Shown in pieces: positions 25,733 through 39,761 of a DNA stretch of 64,000 nucleotides. The notes beneath the pieces were generated by a model, which saw only the letters and a list, made by a program, of their open reading frames with translations, ran no database searches and had not been told where the DNA came from. The stretch spans positions 79,362,001 to 79,426,000 of the forward strand of contig NC_086097.1 in the NCBI RefSeq assembly GCF_963921235.1, in the 5' to 3' direction. The DNA is from Mobula hypostoma (taxonomy: Eukaryota). A program made the translations under genes and the position numbers. Positions within the stretch are counted from its first letter, which is position 1. Every line of letters begins with the position of its first letter.

Positions 25733-25821
25733 CACACAAAATACTGCCTGGCCTGCCGAGTTCCTCCAGCATTTTGTGTGTGTTGCTCGGATTTCCAGCA
25801 TCTGCAGATTTTCTCTTGTTT
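25733..25821 (+). mobile_element. Short Penelope-like pLTR fragment with ~13-bp TSD
   Basis: ctgcctggcctgccgagttcctccagcattttgtgtgtg core. Flanks are acgaggtatgatt (25720-25732) and accaggtgtgatt (25822-25834). Confidence 0.75.
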
Positions 25822-26118
25822 ACCAGGTGTGATTTAAAGCTTATGAGTCAGTGGTTTCACTTAAGACAATTGATTAGTGCAAGTATTCTCAACCGTTCTG
25901 AGTTAGAATGGGGAAAAGAATAATTAATTGGTTCTCCCAATCATTTTTCAGAATTTGTATTTGAAAGTGTAGGTGTTTTTGCATTTGGGAAGAACATGAG
26001 GGAAACTGGCAATATTTACAAATATAAACATACGAAGAATATCCCAGTGTTATATCTTATACCTTGTGTATTACTAGATATTAATTTAAATTAAATATAA
26101 ATTAAAAGTGGAGGCAAA

Positions 26119-29100
26119 CGATAGTTAGAGGTGCAGATAGGAGGTTCTGTGGTTGTGACAGAGAATCCAGGATGGTTTGTTGCCTCCCAGGTGCCAGGGT
26201 CAAGGATGTCTCTGATCGATTGCATGACATTCTGAAGTGGGAGGGTGATCAGCCAGATGTCATGGTGCACATCGGTACCAATGACATAGCAAGGAAGAGT
26301 GAAGAGGTCCTGGACAGTGAGTATGGAGAGCTTGGTAGGAAGTTGAAAAGCAGGACCTCAAGGGTGGTCATCTCAGGATTGCTACCTGTGCTAGGTGCCA
26401 GTGAGGGTAGGAATAGGATGCTCTGGAGAAGGAACAAGAGGCTGAGGAACTGGTGTAGGGGGCAGGGTTTCAGATTTCAGGATAATTGGGACCTCTTCTG
26501 GTGCAGGTAGGACCTGTACAAGAGAGACGGGTTACACTTGAACTACAGGGGGACCAATATCCTTTCAGGGAAGTTTGTTAGTGGTATTGGGGAGGCTTTA
26601 AACTAGATTTGCAGGGGGATGGGAACCAGAGTGCCAGAGCTGACAGTGTGGCTGGGGTGAAAATAAATGATGTTGAAAGTTTAAGCAAATCCGCTGATAG
26701 AAAGGTTGTGAGTGGTGGTAAAAATCTTCTGAGGTGTATATATTTCAATGCTAGGAGTATTGCGGGGAAGGCGGATGAGTTGAGGGCGTGGATTGACACG
26801 TGGAATTATGATGTTGTAGCAATTAGTGAAACTTGGCTACAGGAGGGGCAGGACTGGCAGCTTAATATTCCAGGGTTCTGATGTTTCACATGTGATCGAG
26901 GCAGAGGAATGAAAGGTGGGGGAGTAGCATTGCTTGTTAGGGAAAATATTACAGCAGTGCTCAGGCAGGACAGATTAGAGGGCTTGTCTACTGAGTCCTT
27001 ATGGGTGGAGCTGAGAAACAGGAAAGGTATGGCCACATTAGTGGGATTGTATTACAGACCACCCAATAGTCAAAGAAACTTGGAAGAGCAAATCTGCAGA
27101 GAGATAGCAGGCAACTGCAGGAAACATAAAGTTGTGGTGGTAGGGGATTTTAATTTTCCATACATTGATTGGGACTCCCATACTGTTAGGGGTCTAGATG
27201 GTTTAGAGTTTGTAAAATATGTTCAGGAAAGTTTTCTAAATCAATATATAGAGGGACCAACTAGAGGGGATGCAATATTGGATCTCCTGTTAGGTAACGA
27301 ATTAGGGCATGTGACAGAAGTCTGTGTAGGGGAGCACTTTGGTTCCAGTGATCATAACACCATTAGTTTCAATTTGATCATGGACAAGGATAGATCTGGT
27401 CCTAGGGTTGAGGTTCTTAACTGGAAGAAGGCCAAATTTGAAGAAATGAGAAAGGATCTAAAAAGCGTGGATTGGGACAGGTTGTTCTCTGGCAAAGATG
27501 TGATTGGTAGGTGGGAAGCCTTCAAAGGGGAAATTTTGAGAGTGCAGAGTTTGCATGTTCCTGTCAGGATTAAAGGCAAATTGAATAGGAATAAGGAACC
27601 TTGGTTCTCAAGGGCTATTGCAACTCTGATAAAGAAGAAGAGGGAGTTGTATGAAATGTATAGGAAACAGGGGGTAAATCAGGTGCCTGAGGAGTATAAG
27701 AAGTGCAAGAAAGTACTTAAGAAAGAAGTCAGGAGGGCTAAAAGAAGACATGAGGTTGCCTTGGCAGTCAAAGTGAAGGATAATCCAAAGAGCTTTTACA
27801 AGTATATTAAGAGCAAAAGGATTGTAAGGGATAAAATTGGTCCTCTTGAAGATCAGAGTGGTCGGCTTTGTGCGGAGATCTTAAATAGGTTTTTTGCGTC
27901 TGTATTTACTAAGGAAGCTGGCATGAAATCTATGGAATTGAGGGAATCAAGTAGTGAGACCATGGAAACTGTACAGATTGAAAAGGAGGAGGTGCTTGCT
28001 GTCTTGAGGAAAATTAAAGTGGATAAATCCCCGGGATCTAACAGAGTGTTCCCTCGGACCTTGAAGGAGACTAGTGTTGAAATTGTGGGGGCCCTAGCAG
28101 AAATATTGAAAATGTCGCTGTCTACGGGTGAAGTGCCGGAGGATTGGAGAGTGGCTCATGTTGTTCCGTTGTTTAAAAAAGGATCGAAAAGTAATCCAGG
28201 AAATTATAGGCCGGTGAGTTTAACGTCAGTAGTAGATAAGTTATTGGAGGGAGTACTCAGAGACAGAATCTACAAGCATTTGGATAGACGTGCTTATTAG
28301 GGAGAGTCAACATGGCTTTGTGCGTGGTAGGTCATGTTTGACCAATCTGTTGGAGTTTTTCGAGGAGGTTACCAGGAAAATGGATGAAGGGAAGGCAGTA
28401 GATATTGTCTACATGGATTTCAGTAAGGCCTTTGACAAGGTCCCGCATGGGAGGTTAGTTAGGAAAATACAGTCGCTAGGTATACATGGAGAGGTGGTAA
28501 ATTGGATTAGACATTGGCTCGATGGAAGAAGCCAGAGAGTGGTGGTAGAGAATTGCTTCTCTGAGTGGAGGCCTGTGACTAGTGGTGTGCCACAGGGATC
28601 AGTGCTGGGTCCATTGTTATTTGTCATCTATATCAACGATCTGGATGATAATGTGGTAAATTGGATCAGTAAGTTTGCTGATGATACAAAGATTGGAGGT
28701 GTAGTAGACAGTGAGGAAGGTTTTCAGAGCCTGCAGAGGGCTTGGACCAGCTGGAAAAATGGGCTAAAAAATGGCAGATGGAGTTTAATACAGACAAGTG
28801 TGAGGTATTGCACATCGGAAGGACAAACCAACATAGAACATACAGGGTTAATGATAAGGCACTGAGGAGTGCAGTGGAACAGAGGGATCTGGGAATACAG
28901 ATACAAAATTCCCTAAGAGTGGAGTCACAGGTAGATAGGGTCGTAAAGAGAGCTTTTGGTACATTGGCCTTTATTAGTCAAAGTATTGAGTATAAGAGCT
29001 GGAATGTTATGATGAGGTTGTATAAGGCATTGGTGAGGCCGAATCTGGAGTATTGTGTTCAGTTTTGGTCACCAAATTACAGGAAGGATATAAATAAGGT

Positions 29101-29600
29101 TGAAAGAGTGCAGAGAAGGTTTACAAGGATGTTGCCGGGACTTGAGAAACTCAGTTACAGAGAAAGGTTGAATAGGTTAGGACTTTATTCCCTGAAGCAT
29201 AGAAGAATGAGGGGAGATTTGATAGAGGTATATAAAATTATGATGGGTATAGATAGAGTGAATGCAAGCAGGCTTTTTCCACTGAGGCAAGGGGAGAAAA
29301 AAACCAGAGGACATGGGTTAAGGGTGAGGGGGGAAAAGTTTAAAGGGAACATTAGGGGGAGCTTCTTCACACAGAGAATGGTGGGAGTATGGAATGAGCT
29401 GCCAGACGAGGTGGTAAATGCGGGTTCTTTTTTAACATTTAAGAATAAATTGGACAGATACATGGATGGGAGGTGTATGGATGGATATGGTCCGTGTGCA
29501 GGTCAGTGGGACTAGGCAGAAAATGGTTCGGCACAGCCAAGAAGGGCCAAAGGGCCTGTTTCTGTGCTGTAGTTTCTATGGTTCGATGGTTCTATGGTTC
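26119..29600 (+). mobile_element. Young, nearly complete CR1 LINE (ORF1 SGNH-esterase C-terminus plus ORF2 APE endonuclease-RT), disabled
   Basis: ORF1 CLPGA, VHIGTND, DGLHLN. ORF2 YFNARS, ISETWL, GDFN, SDH, NYRPVSLTS, DFSKAFD, GVPQGSVLGP, FADD. Stop at 26879-26881, frameshifts near 28290 and 28741, ctatggtt-type tail. Confidence 0.97.
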
Positions 29601-32600
29601 AAACAGTGGTGGAGGCACAGGGAAGGCAGAGGAATGGTCGAAGCAGAGTCAAGACTGAGTCGTGGTGTCACCGAGACTGAGGAAAGTCCTCATGGCCGAT
29701 CGATTTAAGTGCCAGACTGAGTTGAAAAAGACTTGTTGTTGGGATCGGAGGCGCAGCAAGGACCAGTTCTGCTGACTGCTCACGACGTTTACTCAGCTTC
29801 ACACCAAACTGAAGATGTGGTCTGCTCTGGCTACTTGGCTTTGCTTCTGTGGTCTCACAACTTTTACTCAGCTTTCCAATGGACTTAGGCGCCAGCTGCA
29901 ATGATGCCTGGCTTTGTGTCTTTCGTAAAACTTCAGTTCTGAAGGTATATGCTCGCTTTTATTGTTTGCATGATTTCTTTAAACATTGAGTGTTTGACGG
30001 TCTTTTTTCAATGAGTACTTTTGAGGTTTCTGTTTTGTGGCTACCCGTAAGGAGACAAATTTCAGGGTCATATAATGTACACATACTTTCTTAATAAATG
30101 TACTCTGAACTTTGAACTTTTATACTCTTCATTTACTCTGAAGTCGTGTAAATGCTGGGAGAGGTGAAAAATCAGATGAAAAGCCCAGAATGTGAGGCAA
30201 AAACATAAATGTTCTATTGATAATATTTTAGATTATGATGCAATTAGATAAAGTTATATACACAGGAGAGAGAAAGTATATAAGAATATTACACTGCAGA
30301 TGGAGGAGGAGGATGAAAGGAGTGGGAGAATTCTCTTGTGGAGCATAAACACCAGGACAGAACAATGAACCAAGTAGCCTGTTTCTGTGTAATTTGACTT
30401 AACAATATTACTGCACAATTGAAGACAAGACAAGAGATAGTATTGAGAAAGAGAAACACTTTGATGTGCAAGTCCTAAGGATCATTGAAAGTAGCAGCAT
30501 GGGTAGACAAGATGGTGAAGATAGCTTACACAATACATGCTTTGGTATGGAATAATAAATCAGACAGGTTATGAATCTGTATAATAAAACATTAGTTAGG
30601 CAACAGCTGGAATACCATGTACAGTTCTAGTTGCCACACTATAGGAAATATGTGAATGAGGATTTTTACTGGAATGTTGCCTGTGATAAGTGTATCAGAT
30701 ATAAGGGGAGACTGGAGGGATGTACATATTTGTTTCCTTTGAGAAACTGAGAGAAGAACCTAATAGGGGTCCAATATGATGAGAGGCACAGATAGAGTAG
30801 ATAGAAGGAAACTTATACTCAGAGCAGGTGTCCAAATCTAGGAGACATGGGCTTACGGTAAGCAATAGAAGGTTTTGAGGGGATCTTAGGGTGAATCTTT
30901 TCACCCAGAGAGTGGTTGGAATTTGGAATGCATTGCCTGAGAAGTGGTGGATGGAGGGACTTTAACAACATTTAGCAAATATCTCGATGAGCACTTGATT
31001 TGCCGGTGCATGGACCAAGTGCTGGCAAATGTGATTAATATAGATAGGTACTTGAAGTGCTTGTTTGCATGCTGCATGATTCTTTGACTTTATGAATGAA
31101 AGTGAATGTTTCAAATTTCAAAATGGAGCAGTCATGCAGTTATGGAAAACAGAACATAAATTTGAGCACAGCACAAGATGTAATTGATAAAAGGCGAAGT
31201 TATTCATCTGAGCCTGGAGCAACTGTATGTCAGATACAATGCTTTCAAAGCTGCAGAAATTCCAAACAAATGTAATTTCAAACATTCCTAATGATATAAC
31301 CTTGTATAAACTTCTGGAAATTGTACAGATCAACTAATTGTTCACACAAGCCAATTCATTGCCCTAAATGAATCCCCATTCTTTATAAAAGGAATTGGCA
31401 CAGGATCATTTATATTCATTTGAGAAGGGACCTTGGGTCTTTCTTAGACAGGACCTCTGATTAAGTCTTTGGAAGAAGGTGGATTATCACCCCAGTGGAA
31501 AGAGCCAACTGTCTGTGATCGATATCTCTAAATAAGCAGCTTAATAACAGTGTATGTAGATGGCTGGTAGTATTTAAACTGTGGAAGAACCCAAAAATAG
31601 GGGCAGTGTGGGGATGTGGAAGGGTAGGGTAGAGAATGGATGAAGTAATGGAAGTGGGGAAGATATCTTTTACCCAGGAGATATATGAGGCAAGTCTTTA
31701 ACACAGAGAGTGGTATGGGCATAGAATGCAGTGGAGATAGCAGTGGAGGCTACCCCAGTAAATATATTTAAAACAAGGTTGGATAGATTTTTGCATAGTA
31801 GGGGAACTATGGGTTATGGGGAAAAGGCAGGTAGGTGGAGATGAGTCCATTGCCAGATCAACCATGATCTTATTGGATAGCAGAGCAAGCACAACAGGCC
31901 AGATGGCCAACTCCTGCTCCTATTTCTTATGTTCTTATGCAGCGCTGGTTGGTAGAGGTAACTAGCATAGGAGCACTTAAAAATCTTAGATAGGCACATG
32001 GATGAACGGAGAAGGGAGTGGTATGGTAAGTGTGTGGGGAAGAGGCAAGTGATTAATTGGGACTTATTGCTTTAATTATTTGGGCACAGCATCATGAGCT
32101 GAAGGGTGTGTCCTGTGCTGTACTCTTCTATGTTGTAACATCTAAAATTAATTGGAAAAAATGTGCCATTAATATTTGAGACAACAGTAGGAATTCCTAT
32201 CAATTGATTTTAAAAAAAAGTTAGCAAGGGTTCCCCAGATTAGTTCTTTTTGCCAAATAAGGTGTTTTAATTCAGAAAAAAAGATAAAGAATTTCAAGGC
32301 ATTTGTTTTTCTGTGTAGGACCATTTAGTGTTCACTTTAAAAATCCAGTTTCAGCTAAGAATTTTCACTCAACCAAACATCCAAGTCTAACATTCAAATA
32401 AAACTTGACATGTGATGGAAATAAAAAGTCAATGCAAAATATCCAAAAATCCAATTTTTTCTCTTCACTAATTCAGCACAATTCAAGGATTGAAGAAAAG
32501 CTGCATTTTGTTTGTGTTTATACAAGGGGTATGTGAATTTGAAGCAAAATTGACACTTGATGTTTACCAGGTTTGCATTTGTTTTTACATGGAAGAATTC

Positions 32601-35600
32601 TGTAAGAAATTCAAATGCACTAATGCAGAGTATACAGAAAACTTTAATGTGGTAAATTGGATCAGCAAATTTGCTGATGATACAAAGATTGGAGGTGTAG
32701 TAGACAGTGAGGAAGGTTTTCAGAGCCTGCAGAGGGACTTGGACCAGCTGGAAAAATGGGCTGAAAAATGGCAGATGGAGTTTAATACAGACAAGTGTGA
32801 GGTATTGCACATTGGAAGGACAAACCAAGATAGAACATACAGGGTTAATGGTAAGGCACTGAAGAGTGCAGTGGAACAGAGGGATCTGGGAATACAGATA
32901 CAAAATTCCCTAAAAGTGTCGTCACAGGTAGATAGGGTCGTAAAGAGAGCTTTTGGTACATTGGCCTTTATTAATCAAAGTATTGAGTATAAGAGCTGGA
33001 ATGTTATGATGAGGTTGTATAAGGCATTGGTGAGGCCGAATCTGGAGTATTGTGTTCAGTTTTGGTCACCAAATTACAGGAAGGATATAAATAAGGTTGA
33101 AAGAGTGCAGAGAAGGTTTACAAGGATGTTGCCGGGACTTGAGAAACTCAGTTACAGAGAAAGGTTGAATAGGTTAGGACTTTATTCCCTGAAGCATAGA
33201 AGAATGAGGGGAGATTTGATAGAGGTATATAAAATTATGATGGGTATAGATAGAGTGAATGCAAGCAGGCTTTTTCCACTGAGGCAAGGGGAGAAAAAAA
33301 CCAGAGGACATGGGTTAAGGGTGAGGGGGGAAAAGTTTAAAGGGAACATTAGGGGGAGCTTCTTCACACAGAGAATGGTGGGAGTATGGAATGAGCTGCC
33401 AGACGAGGTGGTAAATGCGGGTTCTTTTTTAACATTTAAGAATAAATTGGACAGATACATGGATGGGAGGTGTATGGATGGATATGGTCCGTGTGCAGGT
33501 CAGTGGGACTAGGCAGAAAATGGTTCGGCACAGCCAAGAAGGGCCAAAGGGCCTGTTTCTGTGCTGTAGTTTCTATGGTTCGATGGTTCTATGGTTCAAA
33601 CAGTGGTGGAGGCACAGGGAAGGCAGAGGAATGGTCGAAGCAGAGTCAAGACTGAGTCGTGGTGTCACCGAGACTGAGGAAAGTCCTCATGGCCGATCGA
33701 TTTAAGTGCCAGACTGAGTTGAAAAAGACTTGTTGTTGGGATCGGAGGCGCAGCAAGGACCAGTTCTGCTGACTGCTCACGACGTTTACTCAGCTTCACA
33801 CCAAACTGAAGATGTGGTCTGCTCTGGCTACTTGGCTTTGCTTCTGTGGTCTCACAACTTTTACTCAGCTTTCCAATGGACTTAGGCGCCAGCTGCAATG
33901 ATGCCTGGCTTTGTGTCTTTCGTAAAACTTCAGTTCTGAAGGTATATGCTCGCTTTTATTGTTTGCATGATTTCTTTAAACATTGAGTGTTTGACGGTCT
34001 TTTTTCAATGAGTACTTTTGAGGTTTCTGTTTTGTGGCTACCCGTAAGGAGACAAATTTCAGGGTCATATAATGTACACATACTTTCTTAATAAATGTAC
34101 TCTGAACTTTGAACTTTTATACTCTTCATTTACTCTGAAGTCGTGTAAATGCTGGGAGAGGTGAAAAATCAGATGAAAAGCCCAGAATGTGAGGCAAAAA
34201 CATAAATGTTCTATTGATAATATTTTAGATTATGATGCAATTAGATAAAGTTATATACACAGGAGAGAGAAAGTATATAAGAATATTACACTGCAGATGG
34301 AGGAGGAGGATGAAAGGAGTGGGAGAATTCTCTTGTGGAGCATAAACACCAGGACAGAACAATGAACCAAGTAGCCTGTTTCTGTGTAATTTGACTTAAC
34401 AATATTACTGCACAATTGAAGACAAGACAAGAGATAGTATTGAGAAAGAGAAACACTTTGATGTGCAAGTCCTAAGGATCATTGAAAGTAGCAGCATGGG
34501 TAGACAAGATGGTGAAGATAGCTTACACAATACATGCTTTGGTATGGAATAATAAATCAGACAGGTTATGAATCTGTATAATAAAACATTAGTTAGGCAA
34601 CAGCTGGAATACCATGTACAGTTCTAGTTGCCACACTATAGGAAATATGTGAATGAGGATTTTTACTGGAATGTTGCCTGTGATAAGTGTATCAGATATA
34701 AGGGGAGACTGGAGGGATGTACATATTTGTTTCCTTTGAGAAACTGAGAGAAGAACCTAATAGGGGTCCAATATGATGAGAGGCACAGATAGAGTAGATA
34801 GAAGGAAACTTATACTCAGAGCAGGTGTCCAAATCTAGGAGACATGGGCTTACGGTAAGCAATAGAAGGTTTTGAGGGGATCTTAGGGTGAATCTTTTCA
34901 CCCAGAGAGTGGTTGGAATTTGGAATGCATTGCCTGAGAAGTGGTGGATGGAGGGACTTTAACAACATTTAGCAAATATCTCGATGAGCACTTGATTTGC
35001 CGGTGCATGGACCAAGTGCTGGCAAATGTGATTAATATAGATAGGTACTTGAAGTGCTTGTTTGCATGCTGCATGATTCTTTGACTTTATGAATGAAAGT
35101 GAATGTTTCAAATTTCAAAATGGAGCAGTCATGCAGTTATGGAAAACAGAACATAAATTTGAGCACAGCACAAGATGTAATTGATAAAAGGCGAAGTTAT
35201 TCATCTGAGCCTGGAGCAACTGTATGTCAGATACAATGCTTTCAAAGCTGCAGAAATTCCAAACAAATGTAATTTCAAACATTCCTAATGATATAACCTT
35301 GTATAAACTTCTGGAAATTGTACAGATCAACTAATTGTTCACACAAGCCAATTCATTGCCCTAAATGAATCCCCATTCTTTATAAAAGGAATTGGCACAG
35401 GATCATTTATATTCATTTGAGAAGGGACCTTGGGTCTTTCTTAGACAGGACCTCTGATTAAGTCTTTGGAAGAAGGTGGATTATCACCCCAGTGGAAAGA
35501 GCCAACTGTCTGTGATCGATATCTCTAAATAAGCAGCTTAATAACAGTGTATGTAGATGGCTGGTAGTATTTAAACTGTGGAAGAACCCAAAAATAGGGG

Positions 35601-37122
35601 CAGTGTGGGGATGTGGAAGGGTAGGGTAGAGAATGGATGAAGTAATGGAAGTGGGGAAGATATCTTTTACCCAGGAGATATATGAGGCAAGTCTTTAACA
35701 CAGAGAGTGGTATGGGCATAGAATGCAGTGGAGATAGCAGTGGAGGCTACCCCAGTAAATATATTTAAAACAAGGTTGGATAGATTTTTGCATAGTAGGG
35801 GAACTATGGGTTATGGGGAAAAGGCAGGTAGGTGGAGATGAGTCCATTGCCAGATCAACCATGATCTTATTGGATAGCAGAGCAAGCACAACAGGCCAGA
35901 TGGCCAACTCCTGCTCCTATTTCTTATGTTCTTATGCAGCGCTGGTTGGTAGAGGTAACTAGCATAGGAGCACTTAAAAATCTTAGATAGGCACATGGAT
36001 GAACGGAGAAGGGAGTGGTATGGTAAGTGTGTGGGGAAGAGGCAAGTGATTAATTGGGACTTATTGCTTTAATTATTTGGGCACAGCATCATGAGCTGAA
36101 GGGTGTGTCCTGTGCTGTACTCTTCTATGTTGTAACATCTAAAATTAATTGGAAAAAATGTGCCATTAATATTTGAGACAACAGTAGGAATTCCTATCAA
36201 TTGATTTTAAAAAAAAGTTAGCAAGGGTTCCCCAGATTAGTTCTTTTTGCCAAATAAGGTGTTTTAATTCAGAAAAAAAGATAAAGAATTTCAAGGCATT
36301 TGTTTTTCTGTGTAGGACCATTTAGTGTTCACTTTAAAAATCCAGTTTCAGCTAAGAATTTTCACTCAACCAAACATCCAAGTCTAACATTCAAATAAAA
36401 CTTGACATGTGATGGAAATAAAAAGTCAATGCAAAATATCCAAAAATCCAATTTTTTCTCTTCACTAATTCAGCACAATTCAAGGATTGAAGAAAAGCTG
36501 CATTTTGTTTGTGTTTATACAAGGGGTATGTGAATTTGAAGCAAAATTGACACTTGATGTTTACCAGGTTTGCATTTGTTTTTACATGGAAGAATTCTGT
36601 AAGAAATTCAAATGCACTAATGCAGAGTATACAGAAAACTTTAATGTGGTAAATTGGATCAGCAAATTTGCTGATGATACAAAGATTGGAGGTGTAGTAG
36701 ACAGTGAGGAAGGTTTTCAGAGCCTGCAGAGGGACTTGGACCAGCTGGAAAAATGGGCTGAAAAATGGCAGATGGAGTTTAATACAGACAAGTGTGAGGT
36801 ATTGCACATTGGAAGGACAAACCAAGATAGAACATACAGGGTTAATGGTAAGGCACTGAAGAGTGCAGTGGAACAGAGGGATCTGGGAATACAGATACAA
36901 AATTCCCTAAAAGTGTCGTCACAGGTAGATAGGGTCGTAAAGAGAGCTTTTGGTACATTGGCCTTTATTAATCAAAGTATTGAGTATAAGAGCTGGAATG
37001 TTATGATGAGGTTGTATAAGGCATTGGTGAGGCCGAATCTGGAGTATTGTGTTCAGTTTTGGTCACCAAATTACAGGAAGGATATAAATAAGGTTGAAAG
37101 AGTGCAGAGAAGGTTTACAAGG
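28978..37122 (+). repeat. Tandem segmental duplication, period 3997 bp
   Basis: Sequence at x recurs at x+3997. The ORF track is duplicated exactly (for example 29466/33463, 30289/34286, 31814/35811, 32394/36391). Confidence 0.97.
32645..33598 (+). mobile_element. 5'-truncated CR1, chimeric middle copy
   Basis: 5' diagnostic bases match the 36642 copy; 3' diagnostic bases and tail match the 26119 copy. Confidence 0.93.
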
Positions 37123-37586
37123 GTGTTGCTGGGACTTGAGAAACTCAGTTACAGAGAAAGGTTGAATAGGTTAGGACTTTATTCCCTGGAGCGTAGAAGA
37201 ATGAGGGGAGATTTGATAGAGGTATATAAAATTATGATGGGTATAGATAGAGTGAATGCAGGCAGGCTTTTTCCACTGAGGCAAGGGGAGCAAAAAACCA
37301 GAGGACATGGGTTAAGGGTGAGGGGGGAAAAGTTTAAAGGGAACATTAGGGGGAGCTTCTTCACACAGATAGTGGTGGGAGTATGGAATGAGCTGCCAGA
37401 CGAGGTGGTAAATGCGGGTTCTTTTTTAACATTTAAGAATAAATTGGACAGATTCATGGATGGGAGGTGTATGGAGGGATATGGTCCGTGTGCAGGTCAG
37501 TGGGACTAGGCAGAAAATGGTTCGGCACAGCCAAGAAGGGCCAAAAGGCCTGTTTCTGTGCTGTAGTTTCTATGGTTTCTATGGTT
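36642..37586 (+). mobile_element. 5'-truncated CR1 of the same subfamily as 26119-29600
   Basis: Open RT C-terminal frame (NVVNWISKFADDTK...GPCAGQWD) and tttctatggtttctatggtt tail. Confidence 0.95.
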
Positions 37587-39687
37587 AAACGGGCTCAGCC
37601 ATACTTTCAGACCTGCAGTTCACTTGTAGATAAGTTTCCAAAGGTAAAAAGAGTCTGTTTCTTATATTAAGTATAATTGGAATCCAGTTTAATGGGAACA
37701 TGGATTAAAACCGCAGCATCTGAAATCCCTGTAAGATTAACATTGAATTTGAAGTTGCACATAACAATTCATAAAAACCATGGCAAAGCGATTGCAATGA
37801 AACACATAATCTGACTGAGAGGTACAATGAACAATTTGAAACTAATGCTAAGTCCTGGAATTTGATTTGAATTGCAAGACCTTTTGGAATGCAAGGAAAA
37901 ATTGCCTTTCCTGCTCTATTTCCGACATTTAGCTTTTATTGGCCTAAAATACTAAGTTTGCCATAAACATTGATATATTGTGGTAATCTAGAAAACAGAG
38001 AAAAAAAATCACAGACGTCAGATCATTCTTAAAAGGGATGCAGTAGGTTCTCAAAAAAGACACAAAAATGTTTGTGTTTTCTTTGGAAGAACAGCTTACA
38101 ATGGCAAAATAAAGAAACTGAAATTAAATATCACGACACATGAAAGAAAGCACTACCACTGCCTCTATGGCATCCACTGGAAGGATAAGTGAAAAATGCC
38201 TTCTCTTTGCCTAATATTCCCAGTCCTGAGATCCTGATTGCACTGTTGAGCATATCCAGAAACCATGTTACTTACAAGTCCAACACCAAATTCCTGAGAT
38301 GGACATTCCATTCCTAGCTGTCTCACAGAAAGGGAATACCAGGTGGGTAGAGGAATGGATTCAAGAATTCATTCCAAGACTCCAAGGAATACAATCTCAT
38401 CATTCAGTCTGGGAATCTCTGGCCCTTGGACACTCATTTCAGAGGAATATTTGGAACAGTATTGAGAACCTGCATTGTACTGGGGATGACCAATATCCTG
38501 GCTTTAGCCATTCAGGTTCCAGTGTTTTGTAGTGTTTTCAGATAATTACCAGCAAGCAAAAGCAGGAAGGCCAAATGAGGCATGGTTAAAGCAAGTTATA
38601 TGGAGAAAAGCAGTTCCATTTTAGGCACTTGCAATTCACACTGGCTGCTCTCCCCTAAACACACACCAGTAGTAATGTGATCACTTGAGTCGAGTATAAT
38701 GTTCTAACGGGTTGCCGATAGCTTCAGGTCTGGGATCACTATGGGACTTAATCCGGGATGTCAGGGCAGATTCCCTTAATAGCGAACGCCTGTGTGTGAT
38801 ATTGTTTAATATGGGGCAGCCTCCACATGGTACTTGACAGAACAGAGTCAGGGTCCCGTGGCACGGAGTACAAAACAACTGGGGACCCTCCATTGCTGCA
38901 GATGTGCTCTGCCTTCAGTTTTGTTGTGATGTGTCATTACCTTCTGCCAGTTCAGCTGTTGAGGTCTTGTGGTTAGACACACACAATTCATCGTGTTGAA
39001 TAAGCTGACTCTGTCTATGGGCATAAGTCAGGAGGTCTTTGGAGAGATCCTTGGGCTCTGAAATCCTAGCAGCTCTTGGCCAACAAGTCAGATTTCCAAG
39101 CACCCTAGCTTTATCATTATTGAAGCCACATTTGTTGCATGTGGATGAAGAAAAGAGTAAAACGTTATACCGGCACTTGGCATACCAATGGGCATTTTAC
39201 AAACTACTTTGTTACATTTCTGTTCTATTGTGGGACACCAAGTATAATTTTATGCATTTTTCATTGCTGATTAGTAAATGGCTGTTTCAGTTGCATGATG
39301 ATGAAAGGGAAGATGTGAACAGACACTAAGCTGGAAAAGATTGTCAAAGGGAGGCTTGCTTGTTTGCATGCCCTATTGATTTTACTAGTATAGACGGACT
39401 AAGGGTGAAAATGGCTTTAATAGACAGGTGTCTTGCTAGAATCTTGTAAACCTGAGGGAATTGATTCTCATTCTTTTTAAATGAAAGCTCCCCTTGTTTA
39501 CTCTTGGTAATATATGGGCCATCTATTCATTAGGGCCTGACTATGTCATGGGCAGTTTCTTTTAACAAGCTCTGAACCAAGGCTTCCCAAAGTCTGCCAG
39601 CAGTTCATTAACTATGTCAGCTGGTGTTTTAAGTGGGGTTTTATTCAATTTTAATTTCTTTTCTAACTAAGTTCCCTCAGTATTACC

Positions 39688-39761
39688 AAAGTCCAGTGAC
39701 TTCTCCATAATCGGTGGGGGTGATGTGTAATGTTAAGATTATGGAGAAGTCAGTGGACTTT
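39688..39761. repeat. Inverted repeat: 25-bp arms (one mismatch), 24-nt spacer
   Basis: aaagtccagtgacttctccataatc (39688-39712) and gattatggagaagtcagtggacttt (39737-39761). Confidence 0.9.

Noticed and set aside
32490..33512. 340-aa ORF (and its twin at 36487-37509) as a novel fusion gene
   Set aside because: It is a 5'-truncated CR1 RT C-terminus that happens to be in frame with ~50 stop-free codons of AT-rich flank. It starts at a non-ATG codon in the track and has no promoter or splice evidence.
38640..38920. CpG-retaining segment as a structured ncRNA
   Set aside because: No RNA-family motif recognised. It looks more like a fragment of an interspersed repeat, and I cannot classify it with confidence.
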